This document shows, piece by piece, positions 1 to 8,713 of a stretch of 64,000 nucleotides of DNA; positions within the stretch are counted from its first letter, which is position 1; every line of letters starts with the position of its first letter. The notes beneath the pieces were generated by a model, which was not told the DNA's origin, did not search any database, and worked only from the letters and a program-made list of their open reading frames with translations. The DNA lies in the NCBI GenBank assembly GCA_043821645.1, contig JBDRCO010000089.1, forward strand, positions 1 through 64,000. The letters run 5' to 3'. A program made the position numbers and the translations under genes. The stretch comes from Pseudomonadota bacterium. Lineage in GTDB: Bacteria; Myxococcota; JACRCW01; JAFGSX01.

Positions 1-1588
1 GGTCGCCCCTCGCGGCTGGTCCAGCTTCGTCCGTTCTTTCCCCAAGTGGCTGACCCAGAATCTCTGGCTCGAGAAAACGCTCGCCGATGAACTCGGCACA
101 GGCCACCGGGTGGTGTTCTGCGACCACCACCTGTCTCACGCGGCCAGCGCCTTCTACCCGAGTCCGTATGACGACGCGGCCATCCTGACCATCGACGGCG
201 TCGGGGAGCTCGCGACGGCCTCCTGGGGCGAGGGGCACGGCCACACCATCCACATGCATCAGGAGCTCCGCTTTCCCAACTCCCTCGGCTTGCTGTACTC
301 GGCGTTCACGCACTTCACGGGCTTCAAGATCAACAGCGGCGAGTACAAGCTGATGGGCCTGGCGCCTTATGGCCGACCGATCTACACCGATACGATCCGG
401 CGCGACTTGGTGCGGGTCCATGACGATGGCTCCCTTGAACTCAACCAGCGCTACTTCGGCTATGTCTACGGCATCGAGATGACCAACCGGCGGTTCTCCG
501 ACCTCTTCGGGGGGCCGGCGAGACGGCCCGAGTCTCCTCTCACCCAGCGTGAAATGGACCTGGCGGCCAGCCTTCAATCGGTCGTCAACGACGTTGTGAT
601 TGCCATGGCCAGGCATGTCAGGGCGAGAACCGGTCTTCCCCGGCTGGTGATGGCGGGCGGGGTGGCACTCAACGTCGTCGCCACAGGACAGTTGCTGAGG
701 GAAAGGGTGTTCGAGGACGTGTGGGTGCAACCCGCTGCTGGCGATGCCGGGGGAGCGCTCGGTTGCGCGCTGTGGGCCTGGCACGGGCTGCACGGGCACC
801 CTCGACAGGTCGTGCCCGGGGACGCCATGAGGGGTTCCTTGCTGGGACCCGTGATCTGCGACGAGAGCGGGGAGGACGACGCCATGCTGGAGCAGCTCGG
901 CGGCGTATGGACCAGGGAGGACGCCAGCGAGGTGGCGCAGACCATCGCGGGCTGGGTCGCACAGGGTCTCGTGGTCGGGCTCGCGCGTGGACCCATGGAG
1001 TGGGGGCCCAGGGCGCTGGGGGCACGCTCCATTCTTGGCGACGCACGATCTCCTCGCATGCAGTCGCACATGAACCTCAAGATCAAGTTCCGCGAAGGGT
1101 TCAGGCCTTTTGCTCCCATCGTGAAGGAAGAGAGTGCAGCTGACTACTTCGAGTTAAGTCAGCCAAGTCCCTACATGTTGTTCGCATACCTCGTCGTCGC
1201 CTCCCGCCGGGTTCCGCTGTCGCCCGAAGAGGAAGCGCTGCAGGGGCTGGACAAGCTTAAGGCGAGGCGCTCCGAGATCCCGGCCGTGACGCACGTGGAC
1301 GGTTCGGCCCGCGTGCAGACAGTGGACCGCGTCCGCAATCCCTTCCTTCACGAAGTGCTCGATGCCTTCGAGAAGGTCACGGGGTGCCCAGTCATGATCA
1401 ATACGTCCTTCAACGTGCGAGGTGAGCCCATCGTCGCCAACGCTGAGCAGGCCTACCGATGCTTCATGGCGACGGACATCGACCGCCTGGTGATAGGTAA
1501 CAGGATGTTCGTCCGGGAATTGCAGCGACGTCTCCCGACCACCGCCGAGGAGCGTGCAGCGTGGCGTGCGGAGACCGTGCTTGACTAG
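1..1588 (+). CDS. Carbamoyltransferase, CmcH/NodU (SxtI-like) family; 5' end lies before the window
   Basis: Motifs HHLSHAASAF, DGVGE, GEYKLMGLAPYG, GGVALN, GDAG, GPRALG, KFREGFRPFAP, HVDGSARVQTV, NTSFN. The frame is open from base 2 (VAPRGWSSFVRSFPKWL). Confidence 0.93.
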   Translation, partial: VAPRGWSSFVRSFPKWLTQNLWLEKTLADELGTGHRVVFCDHHLSHAASAFYPSPYDDAAILTIDGVGELATASWGEGHGHTIHMHQELRFPNSLGLLYSAFTHFTGFKINSGEYKLMGLAPYGRPIYTDTIRRDLVRVHDDGSLELNQRYFGYVYGIEMTNRRFSDLFGGPARRPESPLTQREMDLAASLQSVVNDVVIAMARHVRARTGLPRLVMAGGVALNVVATGQLLRERVFEDVWVQPAAGDAGGALGCALWAWHGLHGHPRQVVPGDAMRGSLLGPVICDESGEDDAMLEQLGGVWTREDASEVAQTIAGWVAQGLVVGLARGPMEWGPRALGARSILGDARSPRMQSHMNLKIKFREGFRPFAPIVKEESAADYFELSQPSPYMLFAYLVVASRRVPLSPEEEALQGLDKLKARRSEIPAVTHVDGSARVQTVDRVRNPFLHEVLDAFEKVTGCPVMINTSFNVRGEPIVANAEQAYRCFMATDIDRLVIGNRMFVRELQRRLPTTAEERAAWRAETVLD

Positions 1589-2198
1589 CTCACCAACCTA
1601 CGCCGAACAGCGGGCCGTGCGGGCCGGCAACCAGCGTCTGGACCGCTGCACGGTCTTCGGCCTGGTCTGGGGTGTGGCGCTCGGCCTTTATGCCGCCGCG
1701 CAACGATGGACAGTTCTTGGTGTCGACGACGGACTCTGGGAGATCCTCGTCTACGTCGGGCTGTCCCTCGTTGGCCTGGCCGTGTTCTGTCCCCTGGCCC
1801 TCATGCCACTCGAGCGGTTGTTGCGAGCAGTGACCGGCGCGCTGGGTGGGTTAGCCCTGCGCACCGCGCTGACCGTGATCTTCGGGCTCCTCGTCGTGCC
1901 TCTGGGTTTCGTCGTGCAAAAATTTAGCGTGGACCTGCCGGTTCGGCAGTGGCATCCGGGCCGCCCCACTGGCGAGAGCTATGGATGGCAGGATTTCTCT
2001 GGCAGTGCGTCAGGGAGCATGCGCGCTATCGGGAAAGGCCTGTGGTCGTGGCCGTTGCCAGTGCGTGTGCTGCTGTTCTTCAGCCGTCGAGGTCAGTGGC
2101 TGCTTGTCCCCGTTCTTGTGGTGATGCTCCTGCTTGGGATGCTGCTATTCTTCGCGCACACCTCCGTGCTGGCGCCCTTGATTTACCCTCTCTTCTGA
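1581..2198 (+). CDS. Membrane protein, SxtJ-like N-terminus fused to DUF5989 (SxtK-like) C-terminus
   Basis: Several TM segments. The C-terminus [40 protein letters not shown] resembles the small DUF5989 peptides that follow carbamoyltransferases. Start uncertain (TTG 1581 overlaps the upstream stop; the ORF track starts at 1554). Confidence 0.7.
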   Translation: MTSSPTYAEQRAVRAGNQRLDRCTVFGLVWGVALGLYAAAQRWTVLGVDDGLWEILVYVGLSLVGLAVFCPLALMPLERLLRAVTGALGGLALRTALTVIFGLLVVPLGFVVQKFSVDLPVRQWHPGRPTGESYGWQDFSGSASGSMRAIGKGLWSWPLPVRVLLFFSRRGQWLLVPVLVVMLLLGMLLFFAHTSVLAPLIYPLF

Positions 2199-2257
2199 GC
2201 ACCGCCGATACCGGTAACACCCGGCGCTGGCAGCGACGCTGCGCAACCGGGAGGCAG

Positions 2258-2377
2258 CAGATCCGCTGGACCTTCCCGCGCTTCCGCTACGATCAGGTCA
2301 TGACCCTGGGCTGGAAGATCCTGCTGCCCCTGGCCATCGCCAACATCTTCGTCACCGGGATCGTGATCCTGCTGTGA
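2258..2377 (+). pseudogene. nuoH: Isolated 3' fragment of NADH-quinone oxidoreductase subunit H
   Basis: [39 protein letters not shown] matches the NuoH C-terminal motif (PRxRxDQxMxxGWKxLLP). Upstream sequence is not NuoH-like and no other nuo gene is in the window. Confidence 0.85.
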
Positions 2378-2452
2378 GAGTCTGCCGGCTGACGTCGGGC
2401 GACGGCATTGGCGCGTGAGGTCTGCGCCTTCGAGCAACCCGCCGCTGCGCGC

Positions 2453-3544
2453 TCAGTCCTCCAGGATCACGAAGCAGGTCTTGGTGGGCACGTTGAAGGC
2501 GGCCGTGGACCAGTGCAAGAACAGCTGGCGGGCGTTGTCGTCCTGCACACCCAGCGCATAGTTGTAGTCGAGCAGGCAACAGGCGTCCCACGGGCAGGTG
2601 AGCTTGGTCTCGACGCTGTCGCCGTCGAACATCTCGACGTTGGACGCGGCGTTGTAGGCCTGGATCCGGTAGCGCCCGGTGCTGACATCGTAGCTCATGA
2701 AATCCTGGACGATGGCCTTGGTCTGACCCGCGGCTGCATTCCAGCCGCTCATCCCGGTGCTGACCCTGCACCCGTCCTCGTCGCCGCACATGGCCTCGAC
2801 GACCTCCTGCGGGATGGGCTGCGATAGGCCGGCAAAGCTGTTGTCGATGCTCAGGCGGTAGCGGCGAGTGTCGATGTCCCAGTGGGACGTGGAGACGGAG
2901 ACCGGGGTGTCATAGCTCGCGCTGTCGTGGCGGCCGCGCACGAGGACGCGACCACCCACGCTCAGATCACCCAGCACGCTCTGGTCGCCAGCCACGCTCA
3001 GGCCGCTGCTGAGTTCTGCCGGCCCGCCCACCTCGAGGGTGCCTGTGATCTGCTAGCTGGCGGCGGACAGCTGGCCCGTCGCCGTGATGTCGCCCACGAC
3101 CGTGGCCCCGCTGCCGACGTGCAGTGCACCCGTCACCTGGAAGTCCCTGGCCTCGGTGCTGCGCTGGGCATACGGGACCGCGAGCAGCTGCTGGCGGCCC
3201 TGCAGCGACGTGAACACGCCTGGCCCGGTGGGCTTGACCTGGATCTGCAGGTACAGCTCTTCCTGTTGCCAGAGCCCGGCGGGGAAGGCCACGCCCGAGC
3301 CCAGCTTGACGCCGAAGGCGCCGCGCTGCACCTGCACGCTCGAGAAGGTGTCGAACCACTGGACCGTGCCCTGCGCATTGACGATCTCGAAGCGGAAGTC
3401 GAAGGAGCCATCCTGGGCCTTGCCGCTCGCTTCGAGGTGGCCCTGATAGGGGATCTGCTCCAGACTGGTCGGCTGCGCCAGGGTTGGGCTCGCAGCGCAC
3501 ACCACGACTCCCAGCACGCCCACAAACTGCTTCACGCTTGTCAT
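2453..3544 (-). CDS. Secreted tail-fibre/adhesin-like protein interrupted by an in-frame TAG at 3053-3055 (pseudogene, readthrough or sequence error)
   Basis: Signal peptide, then a PYQGHL...FDFRF...LYLQIQV...RQQLLAVPYA N-domain. ORFs 3053-3544 and 2453-3031 share a frame, and beta-repeat sequence continues across the stop: GQLSAAS*QITGTLEVGG. Confidence 0.7.
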
Positions 3545-3691
3545 GCTGTCGCCCCTGGTGCTCAGGATTGAGGCGCCAGATTACCTCAATCCGTCGCCCT
3601 CCATGGCGAAACCTGGGGCCAAACGCTGATCGGCCTGTGCCGTTTTGGTCGGGGGATGTTTCGCTCGGACGGGCTTCAGGATCCCGGGTGA

Positions 3692-5593
3692 TCAGCTGTG
3701 CGTCCGCCGTCGATAGCCCAGCAGTCCCAGACCGAGCACCACGAGCAAGCCTGCATTCGTACCTGCCGGCGTGCTGCGGCAGTCGCAACCGAAGGTGTCG
3801 ACAGGGGGCTCGGGCTCGACGATCTCGAGCAGACCCTCGGCCGTGGTCTCGGAATCCAGGTCGTTGACCACGCGCAGGGCCAGCGAGCCCAGGGGCGCAT
3901 CCGCGGCGACGTCGACGGTGAGCTTCACCCGATCGCTCGCCTCGACCACGCTGCTGAGGACCGTCACCTTCTCCGCCAGCATCTCGACAGCGAAGCGGTC
4001 GCTGGCCACGAAACCGTCTCCCACAAGGAGGAGCTGCTGGCCGCTGACGCCTTGCACCAGGGTGCCGGGCTCGATGCGTTCGACCACCGGGGCCGGAGGC
4101 ACCTCGCGGATGCCGTAGCTGTAGCTCGCCGGATCCCAGCGGCGCTGGTTGGGGTCGTAGCTCTGGTCGCCGATGTTGGCGACGACGAGCAGCGCGCTGA
4201 GATGGTCTCCCGGCTCCAGGGTCAGGCTGCCGCTCCAGGTCTCGGGATCCAGCTCGACCTCGTGGGCTTCACTCGCCGCGCCGCCACCAAACAAAATGAC
4301 CCTGGCGTCCCAGCGTGTGGCGCCGTCGCCATCGAACTCGAAGCGCAACGGTTTCTCGCCCAGGCCATCGAGCTGCACGAAGTTACTGCCGAAGGGGTTG
4401 GGTCGCTCGACCATGCTCGGCGCGGCCTGTACCACCGGCAGGTCGCGCAGGGTGTGGTACTGGCTCACGCTGGGCTCGGCGCCCCACAGTCGGCGTGCCT
4501 CGGGGATGTGTGTGCCGTCGTTGTTGTTGCCGACAAAGAAGCGCGCCTCGCTGAAGTCCACGAAGATGTCCTCGATGTTCGAGGGGCCGCCGCGCTGACC
4601 CACCACCCGCGCTATGGCGTCGTAGTAGCTGGGATCGTTGTCGTAGGAAGACCAGGTCTGGCGGCAGGCCTCCCAGATCTGGCGCAGCATCACCGGCCCG
4701 TCGTCGGGAGCGTAGGCGCCGACCAGGTACAGGGGCAGGATGGCGCCACCGTACTCGTAGCCGTCGCTCTGGCGGTCCTCCATGAAGTCCAGGGCGCGCC
4801 AGGGCTGTTGCTGAAAGTACGGCATGTAGGCCACGGTTTCCCAGAACGAGGCCGGATAGACCTCGCTCATGATGTAGGTCGCGGTGTTCTCCATGAAGGT
4901 CGCGAGTTCGCCGCAGTCCATGGTCGCCTGCATGGCGTGGTTGAGCTCGTGCGCCATGGTCGACTCGATGTAGTCGGTGGGGTTCTGGTCGTCGAACACG
5001 ATGTACGAGAAGCACGCGGTCCACGACGAGCGCATGTCGTAGTCGTAGGGCGCCGTGTAGGCACCACCGCCCATGCCCGAGGGCTCGATGCGGACGCGGT
5101 AGAACTCGGCCCCTGCTTCGATGGTCGGCGCGGGAAAGCCATACTGCTCGGTCTCCACCTGCCACGAGTGCTCGCTCGCGCTCAGCACCTGCTGCGCGTA
5201 GGCCAGCGAGGTCGAGCTGCGGTAGGACACGCGGATGGGGTAGGTGCTGGACTCGAGGGTCAAGGGCAGGTCCGCGGGCGGCATGAGCAGGCGCTGCACG
5301 TCGCCACTGCGCGCCTCGTTACGGGTTGCCCACTGTCGGGCTTCGACCAGCACCCGGGTCATGGCCAGGCGGGCCGCCGGCGTGGCGGGTTCGGCACGCA
5401 GAGCCGCCAGGTCCGCCGGGAGCAGCTCGGGCGCACGGATGGCCGCCACGCGCCACAGCTGCTGGGTGGCCTGGTCGATCTCGCCGCGCTCCCAGCGCGC
5501 GTCGATGACATCGAAGATGGTGGAACGGGTGTGCAGGGCAGGGGACTGGCCCGCCACGAGCTGGGTCAGCAGTGCGAGGGTGGTCAGGGTCAT
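3692..5593 (-). CDS. Secreted zinc metalloprotease (HEXXH) with Ig/IPT-like domain and MYXO-CTERM-like sorting tail
   Basis: AHELNHAMQA followed by FMENTA; C-terminal GCDCRS...LLVVLGLGLLGYRRR; N-terminal hydrophobic leader. Confidence 0.8.
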   Translation of the reverse strand: MTLTTLALLTQLVAGQSPALHTRSTIFDVIDARWERGEIDQATQQLWRVAAIRAPELLPADLAALRAEPATPAARLAMTRVLVEARQWATRNEARSGDVQRLLMPPADLPLTLESSTYPIRVSYRSSTSLAYAQQVLSASEHSWQVETEQYGFPAPTIEAGAEFYRVRIEPSGMGGGAYTAPYDYDMRSSWTACFSYIVFDDQNPTDYIESTMAHELNHAMQATMDCGELATFMENTATYIMSEVYPASFWETVAYMPYFQQQPWRALDFMEDRQSDGYEYGGAILPLYLVGAYAPDDGPVMLRQIWEACRQTWSSYDNDPSYYDAIARVVGQRGGPSNIEDIFVDFSEARFFVGNNNDGTHIPEARRLWGAEPSVSQYHTLRDLPVVQAAPSMVERPNPFGSNFVQLDGLGEKPLRFEFDGDGATRWDARVILFGGGAASEAHEVELDPETWSGSLTLEPGDHLSALLVVANIGDQSYDPNQRRWDPASYSYGIREVPPAPVVERIEPGTLVQGVSGQQLLLVGDGFVASDRFAVEMLAEKVTVLSSVVEASDRVKLTVDVAADAPLGSLALRVVNDLDSETTAEGLLEIVEPEPPVDTFGCDCRSTPAGTNAGLLVVLGLGLLGYRRRTHS

Positions 5594-5938
5594 GGCGTGT
5601 TCTCCTGGGCGGGGACCTGTTGCCAGCCTTTGTTCGTCCAGACCGGCGCAGGGTTCATGAAACCGCCTGAGCGGCCACCAGTGCAGGAGCTGCGCCAGGG
5701 TAGGATTTTCACCGCCATCAACTTAACAATATGAATATATTGATTTAAAAGATCTCTACCGACGCGACCTGGGCACCGCAGCCACAAAAAATCAATGCCA
5801 GAAAGCTGAGATCAGCCATACGCAGTGGTCCATTTGAGACAGGTAGTGCAGCCAAAGCTGCGCCTCGGGTCTGTCCGCACGGCCGGTCGTGGGCAAAAAA
5901 AACCGGACCTCGGGGCAGCGTGGGTTCGCGGGAAGGCC

Positions 5939-7222
5939 TCAGCTCGAGGCCTCGGCCTTCTCCTTCTTCTCCTGCGCGCGCCAGGCCTTCTTGTCCTCGC
6001 TCTGGATCTGCTGCGCCGCCAGCAGCTCCTGCACCCGTGGCAGCACGTCGAAGATGGACACCGGCACGTAGCCCTCGGGAGCGGGTGGACCCTGCACCTC
6101 GACCAGCTGCGAGTGCACGGGGTGCCCGTCCTGGATGTAGACCTCGACATAGGTCTTGGGGCAGGGCCGCAGGTTCTTGCCCCCCTCGCTCATCATGAAC
6201 TCGTTGCGAAAGCAGCCCGCCTGCAGCAGCTTGCGGTCACCGTAGGTCCACCAGCCGGCCTCGTGCTTGTGCCCGAGCACCACCAGCCGGATGTCGTCGC
6301 CCTCGCGAAGCTTCTGCACCAGGGCCGAGCCCAGGTGCACGTTGATGCTCTTGGAGCCAAAGCGCGAGGCCAGCTCCTTGGCCATGCTCCAACCGAGCTT
6401 GCGCGTCGGATCCTTGCTGCCGAAGTAGCCCTTCCAGTAGTCGCGGGTCCAGTAGCGCCAGAAGGTGCCGGTGAGCAGCTCCTTGAACTCGGGCAGCAGC
6501 TCGAACACCTGGTCCCGGGGCAGCAGGCGCTCGTGAAAGCCAAAGATGGGTTGCCACATCATCACGGTGTCGAGCAGGGCGCCGGCGCCCCAGCTGATGT
6601 TGAGCAGGCGCTGGCCCTCGAAGTCGACGATGGGTCTGTCTTCCTCGACCGCGAAGAGAGGGTCGAGCTGGCTGCCGTGCTCGATGTGAACGCTGCCCAC
6701 GACGTGGCGAAAGCCCGCGAACTGGATCTGGTCGGCGTGGCCGCACAGGCTGCGCACCAGCAGCTGCAGCTCGGGAAAGACCAGCTCGGCATCGTGGTTG
6801 CCGGTGACAAAGACCGCGCGCCGTTCGGCGCCTGTGTGCCCCAGAAAAGCGCGCATGGCCTCGAAGAAGCGAGGATGTGCAGCCGCGATGCGCGACATCT
6901 TGCCCAGGGTCACGTCGGGCGAGATGTGGCGGGGGTAGGCGTCCAGGTACGAGGTCTTGAGCAGGTCGAAGATGTCGCCGTTGAGGACCAGCTCGACGGG
7001 CAGCTCGGTATAGGGCGGCTGGTTGTAGCTCAGGATCAGTTCTCCCAGCCAGTCCGAGTGCGGGAAGTCGTCCTGGTGTCCTCCGGCGCCCATCTCGACG
7101 TCGCTGAGCACCACCAGCAGGCGGTCTGCGGCGGGGGGATCGTGAGGGCGAACTGTTGCGCGGCTCGCGGGCATGTCGAGAACCTCCAGTGACGCGTCCG
7201 CCACATTCGTCATGGCCATCAT
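5939..7222 (-). CDS. Calcineurin-like metallophosphoesterase family protein
   Basis: Motifs SDVE, NGDIFD, GNHD, EHG, GHKH in the canonical order. Confidence 0.8.
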   Translation of the reverse strand: MMAMTNVADASLEVLDMPASRATVRPHDPPAADRLLVVLSDVEMGAGGHQDDFPHSDWLGELILSYNQPPYTELPVELVLNGDIFDLLKTSYLDAYPRHISPDVTLGKMSRIAAAHPRFFEAMRAFLGHTGAERRAVFVTGNHDAELVFPELQLLVRSLCGHADQIQFAGFRHVVGSVHIEHGSQLDPLFAVEEDRPIVDFEGQRLLNISWGAGALLDTVMMWQPIFGFHERLLPRDQVFELLPEFKELLTGTFWRYWTRDYWKGYFGSKDPTRKLGWSMAKELASRFGSKSINVHLGSALVQKLREGDDIRLVVLGHKHEAGWWTYGDRKLLQAGCFRNEFMMSEGGKNLRPCPKTYVEVYIQDGHPVHSQLVEVQGPPAPEGYVPVSIFDVLPRVQELLAAQQIQSEDKKAWRAQEKKEKAEASS

Positions 7223-7278
7223 TTCGGCACGGATGTGTCAGCCTTGCACGCACGCATTTCTGAGCAGCAGAAGAGGTG

Positions 7279-8658
7279 TCAGGGGCAGCCAGTCCCCGTG
7301 CCGACGTTGTTCAAGCTCACTGGCCCCGTGGCCTTGGCCGCGATGGCGTTGACGACCGCCAGGTCGATACAGGGCACGTTCCAGATGCTGACATAGCCAT
7401 CGATGCGGCGCAGGTGGCTCAGGTTCAGGGTGGTCAGGGCGGGAAGGTCGTGGATGCGCAGGCCACCCTCGATCACCCCGAGGCCCGGCAGGTAGACCGT
7501 CTCCATCTCGGGCAAGTTGTCGAGGATGAAGAAGCCGCCCACGTAGCTCAGCACGGGCGAATTGATGTGCGTGACGTGCAGGGCGTCGCTGTAGCGCATT
7601 TGGCCATAGACAGCCTCGAGCACGGGCAACTCGAGGCGGGTGAAGTTGACTTCGAGCGGACTGCGCTCGGTGGTCCCCGAGACATCGCCGACCTCGAGCT
7701 TTCCTCCGATGACCTTCAGATTATTGAGTTCGACGCGGGAAAAGTAATCGCAGCTGCTGGTGTCGGTATAGCCAGCGGGATCGTTGGTGATGACCGTGAG
7801 GTCGTGACCCAGCTCGGTGAGCAGGGTGTCGGTCACCGCGCTGAGACAGATGTGCGCTGCGGTGAACTCGATCCAGCCGTCCCAGCAGCCCTGGGGCAGG
7901 CCGTGCTGGGAGTGGTAGTACCAGACGTAGCCGCTGCTGCCGCCGGGGCAAAAGGGCTGCGTGAAGTCGAGATCGATGTCCCGGCACAGCTTGAGGCCGC
8001 CCTCGCCATCGACGCAGTGGGGGTAGCTCGATCCCAGGCACACCTGGGTCGGGCTTGAGTTGAAGCAGAAGTTGGCATTGTCCGCGCAGTGCTGCTCGAA
8101 ACAGGGCTCCTGGCAGGTACCCGAGGGCGTGCACGCCAGTCCTGCGGCGCAGCGATCCACACCCAGGTCCGTGCAGCTGTCGTCGCGCTGGAGTGGGGGC
8201 GGACCGGCGTCCACGGGAGCACTGTCCTGCACCGCCGCGTCGTGCACCGCTGCATCGGCGACGCCGGCGTCAGGGGCGGCCGTGCAGAGCCAGTTCTGGT
8301 TGTCGACGGGGACACTCGAAGCATCGCACCAGTTATAGGCGCACACGCTGGCCTGTGCGCCGGGGCAGTCGAGGTCCAGCACCCCGCACCCGCAGTCGCA
8401 GTCGCCGTCGCCCCAGAAGCTCGCGAAGCAGGTCCATCCTGCGGGGGCCGGGCCCGCGTCGTGGGTCTGGGCGCCGTCGGGCAAGGCGCCGTCCTGGGCC
8501 GGAGCATCGCCAGTGCTGCTGTCCACAGAACCGGAGTCCGCGCGGTGGCGAGGGGTGGCGTCCTGGCCTCCACTCGCATGATCCGGTGCGCAGGCGATCA
8601 GCGCGAGTGCCGCGCAGACTGTCGACGCGAGCGCTCTCGCCGGCGTGAAGAATGACAT
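7279..8658 (-). CDS. Cys-rich lipoprotein with C-terminal receptor-L-domain-like repeats
   Basis: ATG 8658 with AAGGGAG RBS; lipobox LALIAC; CDCGCGVLDLDC module; repeats such as LPGLGVIEGGLRIHDLPALTTL and LSHLRRIDGYVSIWN. Confidence 0.72.
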   Translation of the reverse strand: MSFFTPARALASTVCAALALIACAPDHASGGQDATPRHRADSGSVDSSTGDAPAQDGALPDGAQTHDAGPAPAGWTCFASFWGDGDCDCGCGVLDLDCPGAQASVCAYNWCDASSVPVDNQNWLCTAAPDAGVADAAVHDAAVQDSAPVDAGPPPLQRDDSCTDLGVDRCAAGLACTPSGTCQEPCFEQHCADNANFCFNSSPTQVCLGSSYPHCVDGEGGLKLCRDIDLDFTQPFCPGGSSGYVWYYHSQHGLPQGCWDGWIEFTAAHICLSAVTDTLLTELGHDLTVITNDPAGYTDTSSCDYFSRVELNNLKVIGGKLEVGDVSGTTERSPLEVNFTRLELPVLEAVYGQMRYSDALHVTHINSPVLSYVGGFFILDNLPEMETVYLPGLGVIEGGLRIHDLPALTTLNLSHLRRIDGYVSIWNVPCIDLAVVNAIAAKATGPVSLNNVGTGTGCP

Positions 8659-8713
8659 GTGTGCTCCCTTGCTGCCCCCGGGGACGACGGTCCCGCGATG
8701 ATAGCGCCCTCTC

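Noticed and set aside
1..2198. Saxitoxin biosynthetic cluster
   Set aside because: Only the widespread carbamoyltransferase and membrane partner are present; no sxtA/sxtG-like genes in the window.
3053..3055. Genome-wide TAG reassignment
   Set aside because: TAG ends many conserved genes at their expected C-termini here (e.g. 1588, 12048, 38150, 39106, 49054).
3698..5734. 678-aa plus-strand ORF
   Set aside because: Antisense shadow of the HEXXH protease; long stop-free antisense frames are expected in GC-rich DNA.
5740..5753. FNR box
   Set aside because: TTGAT-N4 is followed by AAGAT, not ATCAA.
5880..5938. Intrinsic terminator after the metallophosphoesterase gene
   Set aside because: An 8-U tract exists on the minus strand but the preceding stem is weak and ambiguous.
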